Part shown: positions 51,688 through 59,930 of the stretch, one piece after another
Layout of the letters: each line of letters opens with the position of its first letter
How positions within the stretch are numbered: the stretch's first letter is position 1
NCBI GenBank assembly: GCA_026016225.1
Contig: CP061210.1
Location: forward strand, 194,000-257,999
Direction of reading: 5' to 3'
DNA length: 64,000 bases
Origin: Candidatus Nealsonbacteria bacterium
Lineage (GTDB): Bacteria > Patescibacteriota > Minisyncoccia > Minisyncoccales > JANBVM01
The notes under the pieces: generated by a model
Databases searched by the model: none
What the model was told of the DNA's origin: nothing
The model's input: only the letters and a program-made list of their open reading frames with translations
Translations under genes and position numbers: made by a program

Positions 51688-52683
51688 ATGAAGAAAAATT
51701 CTCAAAAGAAAAGGATTGTTTGCTTGGGCGGAGGAACAGGAAACTTTATTGTTCTGTCTGGCTTGAAGAAATATCCGGTCAAGCTTTCAGCTGTTGTCGC
51801 GATGACTGACGACGGTGGTTCAAGTGGAATTTTAAGGGACGAGTTAGGTATTTTGCCTCCGGGCGATATCAGACAATGCCTGGTTGCTCTTTCTGGTGAA
51901 GATTTGACCTTGAGAAAACTTTTTAATTATCGCTTTGCTAACGGAACCTTTAAAGGCCACAATTTTGGCAACCTTTTTATGGTGGCTTTGGAAAAGATTA
52001 CCGGTTCTTTCAACAAATCAGTAGAAAAGGCAAGTAAAGTTCTAAATGTCCATGGAAAAGTTATTCCCGTAACCTTAGATAAGGGTTGGCTGATGGCTAG
52101 ACTAAAAAACAACCGTCTCTTAAAAGGCGAACATACAATTAGTGAATCTAAGATTCTCTCTAAATGCAAGGTTAAGAAGTTATTTATAAAGCCAAAAGCT
52201 AGGGCTAATCCAGAAGCAATTTCGGCTATCAAAAAAGCCGATTTAATCGTTATTGGACCGGGAGATCTTTACTGTAGTATTTTACCTGTTTTTTTGGTTG
52301 AAGGGATTTCTGAAGCAATTAGAAAAGCGAGGGCAAAAAAAGTTTATAACTGTAATTTAATGACCGAACGCGGCCATACAGATGGTTTTAAGGTAGAAGA
52401 TTTTGTTGATGTAATTGAAAGTTATCTTGGTAAGGGGGTAATAGATTATGTTACCTTCAATACTAAAAAACCCTCGCCTTACTTTCTTAAGAAATATTCA
52501 GAAGAAGGAGCAAAACTGGTTAAGTTTAGTAAAAAAACTTTGAAGGAAAAAGGATACATCGGAGCCAATTTTATTAATCCTAAAATTTATAAAAAAGATC
52601 CAGCCGACATATTTTTACAAAGAACTCCTATTCGTCATCGTCCAAATAAAATTGCCAAGGTTTTAATGAGTCTTTTAAAATAA
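51688..52683 (+). CDS. yvcK: YvcK / CofD-family (UPF0052, gluconeogenesis factor) protein
   Basis: IVCLGGGTGNFIVLSGLK, VVAMTDDGGSSG, PPGDIRQCLVAL and IGPGDLYCSILP. Confidence 0.8.
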   Translation: MKKNSQKKRIVCLGGGTGNFIVLSGLKKYPVKLSAVVAMTDDGGSSGILRDELGILPPGDIRQCLVALSGEDLTLRKLFNYRFANGTFKGHNFGNLFMVALEKITGSFNKSVEKASKVLNVHGKVIPVTLDKGWLMARLKNNRLLKGEHTISESKILSKCKVKKLFIKPKARANPEAISAIKKADLIVIGPGDLYCSILPVFLVEGISEAIRKARAKKVYNCNLMTERGHTDGFKVEDFVDVIESYLGKGVIDYVTFNTKKPSPYFLKKYSEEGAKLVKFSKKTLKEKGYIGANFINPKIYKKDPADIFLQRTPIRHRPNKIAKVLMSLLK

Positions 52684-52684
52684 T

Positions 52685-53926
52685 ATGCAAGCCGTAATTT
52701 TAGCTGCGGGCGAGTCTTCTCGTTTTTGGCCCTTCAATTACCAACACAAATCTCTTTTCAAAATCATGGGCCGTTCTTTGATTTGGTATACTATAGAAAA
52801 CCTACGAAAAAATGGGATAAAGGATGTTATTGTTGTCCAGGGGGTTAAAAGGGATGTTGAAAGAGAGCTCAAAAAATATCAGACTAAAGCCAAGATAAGA
52901 TATGTTATTCAGTCAAAACCAAAAGGCACTGGTAATGCCATTTACCAGGCCAAAAAATTGATAAAAGAGAATTTTATTGTTTTGGGCCCCCATAAAATTG
53001 ATTTAGACAGCTATCTTCCCCTTCTCTTAAAAAAGTTTAAAAAAAATCCTCATAAAGTAATTCTTCTGGGGGTAAAAACTACTCAACCTTGGGACTTTGG
53101 AATTTTAAAATTTAAAAAAAGGAAAGTTTTAAAAATTGAGGAAAATCCTTCAAAAGGAAGGGAGCCTTCAGATATTAAGGCTACCGAAACATATATTTTT
53201 CCTCGCATTTTTTTTGATTACTACCAAAGAGTGCAAAAGAGGGAAGAAAGTCTTATAGACGTCATAAATCTTTTAATTAAAGAAAAGGGAATAGAATTAG
53301 TTTTATTAAAAGAAGAAGCAACTTCTCTAAAATACCCCTGGGAACTTTTAAACGCTAATGAGTATTTGTTAAAAAAGATTAAAACAGAATTGAAGGGAAA
53401 AATTGAGAAAAATTGTAAGATTTCAAGGCCTTCAATAATTAGAAAAGAAAGTTTATTAAAAAGCGGAACTTATATTAAAGGCCCTGTCTATATTGGGAAA
53501 AATTGTCAGATTGGACCCAATTGTTATATAAGAGGTTTCACTAGTATTGGAGATAATTGCCAAATTGGGAATGGAGTTGAAATTAAAAATTCAATTATTG
53601 GAAATAATACAGATGTTTCCCATTTAAGCTATATTGGAGATTCAGTTATAGGCCAGAATTGTAATTTGGGAGCAGGAACCATTACAGCCAATTTTCGTTT
53701 TGATAAAAAATCAATTGCTTCTACAGTTAAGAAAAAATTAATTGACACCAAAAAAAGAAAATTTGGTTGCGTTTTAGGAAATAATACTAAAACAGGAATT
53801 AATGTTTCTTTGATGCCGGGAATATTAATTGGTTCTAATTGTATTATTGGACCCGGTTCTTTGGTAATGGAAAACGTTGAAGATAATACAATTTTTTATA
53901 CGAAGTTTAAAGGAATTAAAAAATGA
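52685..53926 (+). CDS. bifunctional sugar-1-phosphate nucleotidyltransferase / left-handed beta-helix acetyltransferase (GlmU-like)
   Basis: MQAVILAAGESSRFWP nucleotidyltransferase start. C-terminal hexapeptide repeats (IGDNCQIGNGVEIKNSIIGNNTDV...). Confidence 0.7.
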   Translation: MQAVILAAGESSRFWPFNYQHKSLFKIMGRSLIWYTIENLRKNGIKDVIVVQGVKRDVERELKKYQTKAKIRYVIQSKPKGTGNAIYQAKKLIKENFIVLGPHKIDLDSYLPLLLKKFKKNPHKVILLGVKTTQPWDFGILKFKKRKVLKIEENPSKGREPSDIKATETYIFPRIFFDYYQRVQKREESLIDVINLLIKEKGIELVLLKEEATSLKYPWELLNANEYLLKKIKTELKGKIEKNCKISRPSIIRKESLLKSGTYIKGPVYIGKNCQIGPNCYIRGFTSIGDNCQIGNGVEIKNSIIGNNTDVSHLSYIGDSVIGQNCNLGAGTITANFRFDKKSIASTVKKKLIDTKKRKFGCVLGNNTKTGINVSLMPGILIGSNCIIGPGSLVMENVEDNTIFYTKFKGIKK

Positions 53927-54918
53927 AGACCAAAAAACAAAAATCTAGTCCTGAGAAAGAGAAACAAATCAAAGGAGCTTGTTTTGAGCGAGTAAAGCGA
54001 GTCGAAGGATATGTAATTGGAGTCGATGGAGGAGGAACAAAAACAATTGCTGTTTTAGCTAATTTAGAGGGAAGGATTTTAAAAATTGCAAGAGCAGGTT
54101 CTTCAAGCCCGAGAAATGTGGGAATTAAAAAAGCAACAGACAACGTTGCTAAAGCAATAAATAAACTTTTAAAACAAAAAAAAGATGCAAAAATTATTTC
54201 TACTTTTATTGGATTACCTGCTGTAGCCGAGGAATTTAAATCTAAAAAGAAAGAAATAAAAAAAGAAATTTCAAAGAAAGTTCCAGAAATTTTTAAAGGA
54301 AAAGTAGAAATTGGTTCTGACCAGGAAGTAGCTTTCAGATCGGGTAGCGACCAAAAAGATGGGGTTTTGGTAATTGCAGGTACTGGTTGCGTTGCTCGAG
54401 GTTGGAGAGGAAAAAAGCAAGCCCATTCAAGCGCATGGGGATGGTTGGCAGATGAGGGTTCAGCTTTTTTTGTGGGACAGAAGACATTTCAGGTAATTTT
54501 TAAAGACCTGGATGGTAGGGGGCCTAAAACATTATTGACAAAATTAACTTTTAAAGAGTTAAAACTAAGAAAAAAAGAAGATTTAGTGGATTTTATTTAT
54601 TCTAAAAACCCAACTGTGACTGTTCCCCTTTTATCCATTATTTGTGATAAAGCTAGCAAAAGAGGAGATAAAATTGCCAAAAAAATAATGGTTGAGGCAG
54701 GACAAGAACTGGTTTTAGCTGCAGAGCCGGTTATTAAAAAATTAAAATTAGAATCTTTGAAATTTCCTTTGGTTTTAGTGGGAGGAATATTTAAATCAAA
54801 GATTGTATTAAATAGAGTTAAAAAAGAAATTAAAAAAATAGCCCCTAAAGTTAAATTTATTAGGCCAAAAGAAGAACCCGTAGTGGGCGCAGTAAAATTA
54901 GCCATTGAGAGAATGTAA
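53923..54918 (+). CDS. BadF/BadG/BcrA/BcrD-type ATPase, N-acetylglucosamine-kinase-like
   Basis: IGVDGGGTKT phosphate-1 motif, VIAGTGCVA, and DEGSAFFVG. Confidence 0.7.
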   Translation: MKTKKQKSSPEKEKQIKGACFERVKRVEGYVIGVDGGGTKTIAVLANLEGRILKIARAGSSSPRNVGIKKATDNVAKAINKLLKQKKDAKIISTFIGLPAVAEEFKSKKKEIKKEISKKVPEIFKGKVEIGSDQEVAFRSGSDQKDGVLVIAGTGCVARGWRGKKQAHSSAWGWLADEGSAFFVGQKTFQVIFKDLDGRGPKTLLTKLTFKELKLRKKEDLVDFIYSKNPTVTVPLLSIICDKASKRGDKIAKKIMVEAGQELVLAAEPVIKKLKLESLKFPLVLVGGIFKSKIVLNRVKKEIKKIAPKVKFIRPKEEPVVGAVKLAIERM

Positions 54919-54936
54919 TAAGAGACATTAAGAAAA

Positions 54937-54966
54937 ACAAAAAATCGCTTCAAAAGGCGGTTTTTT
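54937..54966. terminator. bidirectional terminator
   Basis: AAAAATCGC-ttcaaaag-GCGGTTTTTT hairpin flanked by A and T runs. Confidence 0.55.
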
Positions 54967-55004
54967 GTCGTCTACGCGACTTGAATCTTAGCCGAAATTA
55001 AAAG

Positions 55005-55088
55005 TGCCGAAGGTGGGACTCGAACCCACAAGCCCTTGCGGGCAGTAGATTTTGAATCTACCGCGTATACCAGCTCCGCCACTTCGGC
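55005..55088 (-). tRNA. tRNA-Leu (anticodon CAA), long variable arm
   Basis: Minus strand: GCCGAAG acceptor, anticodon arm GTAGA-TTCAAAA-TCTAC, variable arm GCCC-gcaa-GGGC, T arm GTGGG-TTCGAGT-CCCAC, discriminator A. Confidence 0.9.
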
Positions 55089-55133
55089 AATTCCTTTTTA
55101 AATTATCAACTTTTAAGCTAATCGTCAATCTGA

Positions 55134-57203
55134 TTATTCTCTGTAATCGCAGTCTTTATTTGAGCATTTTATTTGTTTTCTTTTTGTTTCAATTAAAGGA
55201 AAATTACATTTTGGGCAAATCTTTCCTGTTGGTTTATACCATGTAGCAAAATCACAATTTGGCCAATTTGAACAACCGTAAAATATTTTCCCTTTCTTAG
55301 TTCTTTTTTCAACGATTTCTCCTTTTTTACATTTAGGGCATTTTATTCCCAAAGTATTTTTTTTCAAAGGCTCTGTATATTTACATTTTGGGAAATTGGA
55401 ACAAGCATAAAACTTTCCATATCTACCAAGCTTTATAATAATAGAACCCCCGCACTTTGGACATTTTTTACTGGTTTTTTCATAAGTTAATTTTTTATCA
55501 GGGATTTCTTTTTCTTTTTTCTTTAAGTTTTCTTCAAAAGGTATGTAAAATTCTCTTATTACTGGAACCCATTTTTTTTCACCTTTGGCAATTTCGTCTA
55601 AATCTTCTTCCATCTTTGCTGTAAAATTAACATCAACAATTTTTGGAAAGTGATTTACCAAAAGGTTATTAACCACTATTCCAATTTCTGTAGGACAAAA
55701 CCGTTTTTTCTCGTCTTTTTCAATATAATTTCTTTCTTGAATTGTAGATATTATTGGGGCATAAGTTGATGGACGGCCGATTCCATTTTCTTCCAACACT
55801 TTAATCAGGGTGGCTTCAGTATATCTCGGAGGAGCTTGGGTAAAATGTTGGGATGGAATTAATTTTATCAACTCCAAAATTTCATTTTTTGTTAAGAAAG
55901 GTAATTTATTTTCTTCAAACTTTATAAGGTAAACTTTTAGAAATCCGTCAAATTTTAAGGTTTGTCCGTTAGCTCTGAAAGTGTACTTTTTAGCTCCAAT
56001 ATTTACTTTAACTGAATCAAAAACAGCAGGAGCCATTTGACAAGCAATAAATCTTTTCCAGATTAATTCATACAGTTTTAAAACGTTACGATTTAATTTT
56101 GCTTCCTTTTCCAACTTCTCAGGCGTTTTACTTAAATACGTTGGTCTTATTGCTTCATGGGCCTCTTGGGCGGTTTTGCTTTTTGTTTTGTATTTTCTTA
56201 AAAATCCTGCCCAATAATTTTTCCCGTAATTTTCAATAATAAATCTTTTAGCACCAAATAAAGCTAAATTAGAAAGATTCAAAGAATCACTTCTGTGATA
56301 GGTGATTAAACCCCTTTCGTAGAGATTTTGAGCTATCCGCATTGTTAGTTTTGCAGGAAAGCGGAATCTCCCCCATGACTCTTGTTGAAGAGTAGAAGTC
56401 ATAAAAGGAGGTAAGGGGTTTTTTTTGGTTTCTTTTTTTTCAATATCAACAACCCTGTATTCAGTCCCTTTTAAATCCTTTATTATTTCTGTTGCTTGTT
56501 TTTTTGTTTTAATTTCTAATTTTGGAATTGTTTTTCCATCTTTTTTAACTAAAAGAGCTTTAAACTCTTTTTGTTCTTTGTTCTCTGTTTTTTGTTTATC
56601 CTGAGCGAAGCCGAAGGATTTTTTAAGTAATGCTTCAATACTCCAGTATTCTTGAGGGACAAAACTTTCGATTTCTTTTTCTCTTTCTACCACCAATCTT
56701 ACCGTTACTGATTGTACTCTCCCTGCTGATAATCTTCTCACTACTTTTTTCCATAAAAAAGGGGATAACTTATAACCAACGATTCTATCTAAGATTCTCC
56801 TTGTTTGCTGGGCGTCAACCAATTGCATATCAATATCCCTCGGGTTTTTAAGAGCTTCTTTAATGGCTGATTTCGTAATTTCATGAAAAACAATTCTTTT
56901 AAGTCCTTTTTTCTTTAGTATTTCACTAAGATGCCAGGCAATAGCTTCTCCCTCTCTATCAAAATCCATGCCTAAATAAATCCTTTCAGCTTCTGCGGCC
57001 AATTTTTTGAGTTGGGTAATTGTAGCTTTTCTCTTGGGAATAACTATATATTTTGGGGTAAAATCTTTATCTATATCAATACCAAAACTTTTCTCCGGTA
57101 AATCACGAATGTGTCCCATGGTAGCGGCAACTTGATAATCTTTACCTAAAAACCTTTTAAGAGTTCTCGATTTTGTTGGACTTTCTACTACTATTAATTT
57201 CAT
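55134..57203 (-). CDS. topA: DNA topoisomerase I with C-terminal zinc ribbons
   Basis: Toprim start MKLIVVESPTKSRT, active-site region ITYHRSDS, and three C4 ribbons (CPKCGG...CSNFPKC and others). ATG 57201-57203 is preferred over the track start at 57239. Confidence 0.9.
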   Translation of the reverse strand: MKLIVVESPTKSRTLKRFLGKDYQVAATMGHIRDLPEKSFGIDIDKDFTPKYIVIPKRKATITQLKKLAAEAERIYLGMDFDREGEAIAWHLSEILKKKGLKRIVFHEITKSAIKEALKNPRDIDMQLVDAQQTRRILDRIVGYKLSPFLWKKVVRRLSAGRVQSVTVRLVVEREKEIESFVPQEYWSIEALLKKSFGFAQDKQKTENKEQKEFKALLVKKDGKTIPKLEIKTKKQATEIIKDLKGTEYRVVDIEKKETKKNPLPPFMTSTLQQESWGRFRFPAKLTMRIAQNLYERGLITYHRSDSLNLSNLALFGAKRFIIENYGKNYWAGFLRKYKTKSKTAQEAHEAIRPTYLSKTPEKLEKEAKLNRNVLKLYELIWKRFIACQMAPAVFDSVKVNIGAKKYTFRANGQTLKFDGFLKVYLIKFEENKLPFLTKNEILELIKLIPSQHFTQAPPRYTEATLIKVLEENGIGRPSTYAPIISTIQERNYIEKDEKKRFCPTEIGIVVNNLLVNHFPKIVDVNFTAKMEEDLDEIAKGEKKWVPVIREFYIPFEENLKKKEKEIPDKKLTYEKTSKKCPKCGGSIIIKLGRYGKFYACSNFPKCKYTEPLKKNTLGIKCPKCKKGEIVEKRTKKGKIFYGCSNWPNCDFATWYKPTGKICPKCNFPLIETKRKQIKCSNKDCDYRE
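56598..56619. repeat. GC-rich hairpin in frame in topA
   Basis: ATCCT-GAGCGAAGCCGA-AGGAT. The loop carries the GAGCGAAGC core also seen at 14634 and 59243. It encodes part of SFGFAQDKQ on the minus strand. Confidence 0.5.
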
Positions 57204-57248
57204 AGAACATAGAACATGAAATTTATTTAAAAATTTCAAGTTTCAAGA

Positions 57249-58115
57249 TTAGCGAATAAGTGCGAAGGTATTGCCTCCAAGATTTCTTACTTTATTTTTT
57301 ATTTCCAATACAGAAACAGTACTGGCTGTTGAGGAAGCGGAAAGTTTTGTCTTTTCAATGATTTTATCAATGTATAGGGGTCCCTCTTTTAAAACCTCTA
57401 AAATTAAAGTTTCCTCTTCATTTTCTCCCTCAACGAGAACAGTTCTCGTTGATTTTTGGGGAAGTTTTAATTCTTTTAAGATATCATTAGCATTTTCAGT
57501 CAATTTTGCTCCTTTTTTGATTAAATAATGGCATCCCTTTGAATTTGATGAATGGACAGGACCTGGTATGGCAAAAACTTTTTTCCCTTGTTTTTTTGTC
57601 CACATAGCTGTAATTAAAGCGCCTGATTTTTGTTTAGCTTCAATGACTAAAACTCCCAAGGACATTCCGGCTATAATTCTATTCCTTTCAGGAAAAGTAA
57701 ATTTTGTACCATGAGTTCCCGGAGGATATTCAGAAATTAAGCAACCCCCTATTTCTAAAATCTTTTTAATTAATTTTAGGTTTGATTGAGGATAAGTTGA
57801 TTTTTCATCAAGTCCTGTTCCTAAAACAGCGATTGTTCTTCTTCCTCTTTCCACAGCTGCTAAATGAGAAAAGGTATCTATACCTGTAGCTAAGCCAGAA
57901 ACAATGGTTAAACCAGCTGTTGCTAAATCTCCTCCGATTTCTAAAGCTATCTGCTTTCCATAATTAGAGCAAAGCCTTGTTCCAACAATAGCAAAACAAT
58001 TTTCCTTTGGCAAAAGTTTTCCCTTAAAATAAAGTTTTTCTGGCGGTTCTGAAATTTTCTTTAAGAGTTCTGGATATTCTTTATCTTGTATAGTAATTTT
58101 TTCAATTCTGTACAT
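57249..58115 (-). CDS. dprA: DNA-processing protein DprA (Smf)
   Basis: 288 aa. IVGTRLCSNYG, IVSGLATGIDT.SH and RNRIIAGMS blocks, plus a C-terminal winged-helix-like tail. Confidence 0.85.
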   Translation of the reverse strand: MYRIEKITIQDKEYPELLKKISEPPEKLYFKGKLLPKENCFAIVGTRLCSNYGKQIALEIGGDLATAGLTIVSGLATGIDTFSHLAAVERGRRTIAVLGTGLDEKSTYPQSNLKLIKKILEIGGCLISEYPPGTHGTKFTFPERNRIIAGMSLGVLVIEAKQKSGALITAMWTKKQGKKVFAIPGPVHSSNSKGCHYLIKKGAKLTENANDILKELKLPQKSTRTVLVEGENEEETLILEVLKEGPLYIDKIIEKTKLSASSTASTVSVLEIKNKVRNLGGNTFALIR

Positions 58116-58252
58116 AATAGATAATTATTAAACTATAACAACAATCTTAAAAATTTTAAAATATTTGACTTTTTTTACAAGGTGTTTTATTCTATAAAAG
58201 TGAGTTAATTTTAAAATTAAATAAAATAGAAATGAAAAAATAGTTGGTTGAA

Positions 58253-58423
58253 ATGTTAGGAAAATTGCTTACAGGTATTTTAATGACAGGTTTTGTTTTA
58301 TTTACAGCAGGGGTTTATACAGCTGTTGAAACTGTAAAGACTATCAGTGGGCCAGCCATAGTAATTGGAACTTATGGATTGATAGAATTTCTAGACGCTT
58401 GGGACGCTATTCACGATCCTTAA
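58253..58423 (+). CDS. possible 56-aa small membrane protein
   Basis: MLGKLLTGILMTGFVLFTAGVYTAVETVKTISGPAIVIGTYGLIEFLDAWDAIHDP has two hydrophobic segments. It is followed by its own terminator and has TTGACT upstream (58164-58169). Below the ORF-track cutoff. Confidence 0.3.
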   Translation: MLGKLLTGILMTGFVLFTAGVYTAVETVKTISGPAIVIGTYGLIEFLDAWDAIHDP

Positions 58424-58445
58424 ATATTTTATATTAATCCCTAAT

Positions 58446-58470
58446 AAGGTCCTTTGCGGCCTTTTTTTTA
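58446..58470 (+). terminator. terminator after the small ORF
   Basis: AAGG(T)CC-tttgc-GGCCTT hairpin followed by a T-run. Confidence 0.6.
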
Positions 58471-58480
58471 TTTTTTCAAA

Positions 58481-58512
58481 CCAAAAATTACCCCTTTTTA
58501 GGAAATAGGGGG
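58481..58512 (-). terminator. terminator for pth
   Basis: CCCCT / AGGGG hairpin, followed on the minus strand by TAATTTTTGG. Confidence 0.45.
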
Positions 58513-58584
58513 TGATGCCTGCAATAACAATTCTGTTTAAACCTATTTTTCGTTCCATTTTAAACCATAATCTATAAAAATTAT

Positions 58585-59166
58585 TTAATTAAATTCATTC
58601 ATTGCTTTTTCTATTCCTTGTTTTAAACTAATTTCAATTGCTTTAAGGCAGTTTTTAATAACTTTATTTATAAGCTTTTTTTCTGTTTTTGTAAATTTCT
58701 GAAGAACAAAAGCTTCCATAGATAAATGGCTAAATGGTTTTATTGATTTATAGTCAGGATTTATTCCGATGCGAAAACGAATAAAGTTTTTTGTCCTTAT
58801 TCCATCAATTATAGACTGAACTCCTTTATGTCCCGCTGCTCTTTTATTTTTTACAATTTTGATTTTTCCCAACTCAAGATCAATATCGTCATGAATTACC
58901 CAAAGACTTGCAGCTGGTATTTTGTAGTTTGTAACCAGTATTCTGGCTGCTTTCCCGGAATTATTCATAAAAGTTTGAGGTTTTGCCAAAATAACCCTTT
59001 TTCTATTCAAAGAGCCCTTTGAGATTAAAGATTTGAATTTTTTTGAAGACTTAAATTCAGGGAAGTAATTCTTCTCAGAAAATCTATCTAAAACCCTGAA
59101 ACCAAGGTTGTGTCGCGTAAATTTATATTTTTTATCCGGGTTTCCTAAACCAATAATTAATATCAT
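58585..59166 (-). CDS. pth: peptidyl-tRNA hydrolase
   Basis: MILIIGLGNPDKKYKFTRHNLGF, NNSG and VIHDDIDL..G..K are canonical bacterial Pth. Confidence 0.9.
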   Translation of the reverse strand: MILIIGLGNPDKKYKFTRHNLGFRVLDRFSEKNYFPEFKSSKKFKSLISKGSLNRKRVILAKPQTFMNNSGKAARILVTNYKIPAASLWVIHDDIDLELGKIKIVKNKRAAGHKGVQSIIDGIRTKNFIRFRIGINPDYKSIKPFSHLSMEAFVLQKFTKTEKKLINKVIKNCLKAIEISLKQGIEKAMNEFN

Positions 59167-59191
59167 ACTTTTTTAATTGAGAAACAATTAC

Positions 59192-59261
59192 GGAACCAGT
59201 CGGGGCTATGCCCCTCCTTGTCATTGCTTCGCAATGAATGAGGAGCGAAGCGACTGGTTCC
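59192..59261. repeat. 70-nt GC-rich palindromic (three-way-junction) element
   Basis: Perfect 11-bp terminal inverted repeats GGAACCAGTCG / CGACTGGTTCC enclose the hairpins GGGC-tat-GCCC and CTCCT..CATTGC-ttc-GCAATG..AGGAG. Confidence 0.8.
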
Positions 59262-59298
59262 TTTATTATATCATTAAACATTCTGAGAGAAGAAGGGC

Positions 59299-59326
59299 TT
59301 GCCAAAAAGAAAAAAACTGGTAAAAT
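59299..59326 (+). promoter_or_regulatory. promoter whose -10 box lies 8 nt from the lepB ATG (leaderless-type)
   Basis: TTGCCA (59299-59304), 16-nt spacer, TAAAAT (59321-59326), ATG at 59335. Confidence 0.4.
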
Positions 59327-59334
59327 AAGAAGAT

Positions 59335-59919
59335 ATGAAAAAGTTTTTTTCTTTTAATTCTATAACTAAATTTCTTGCTGAAGGTAAAAGTCTTTTGTTT
59401 GAAGTGATAAAGATAGCGATATTGGTTGCTGTAATTGTACTTCCTGTTCGTTATTTTCTTTTTCAGCCTTTTTTTGTTCAAGGCATTTCAATGGAGCCCA
59501 ATTTTGAAAATGGAGATTATTTAATTATTGATGAAATTTCTTACAGATTTACAGAGCCGGAGAGAGGAGAGATAATTGTTTTTAAATATCCTAAAAACCC
59601 TTCTCAACGTTATATCAAAAGAATCATTGGACTTCCAGGGGAAACAGTAGAGATTAAAGATGGTAAAATTATAATTATCAATGGAAAAGAGAGTCAAATA
59701 TTAAATGAATCAAAATATTTACCTCAAAACATAGAAACTTCAGGAAATATAAGAGTTTCTCTTTCAGAAAATGAATATTTTGTTTTAGGAGACAATAGAG
59801 ATTTTTCTTTGGACTCAAGACGCTGGGGAGTTTTGCCAAAACAATATATTATTGGGAAGGTATATTTTAGAGCCTGGCCATTTACAACTTTAGCTAAATT
59901 TGAAGCTCCGGCTTATTAG
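59335..59919 (+). CDS. lepB: signal peptidase I
   Basis: N-terminal TM helix. Catalytic Ser box GISMEPNF, Lys box YIKRIIGLPGE, and GDNRDFSLDSR. Confidence 0.9.
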   Translation: MKKFFSFNSITKFLAEGKSLLFEVIKIAILVAVIVLPVRYFLFQPFFVQGISMEPNFENGDYLIIDEISYRFTEPERGEIIVFKYPKNPSQRYIKRIIGLPGETVEIKDGKIIIINGKESQILNESKYLPQNIETSGNIRVSLSENEYFVLGDNRDFSLDSRRWGVLPKQYIIGKVYFRAWPFTTLAKFEAPAY

Positions 59920-59930
59920 CAACAATTATT

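Noticed and set aside
57201-57239. N-terminal extension of topA (track start at 57239, MKFLNKFHVLCS...).
   Set aside because: The Toprim domain begins at MKLIVVESPTK (ATG 57201-57203). The extension has no counterpart in TopA and overlaps a CATAGAA tandem in the spacer.
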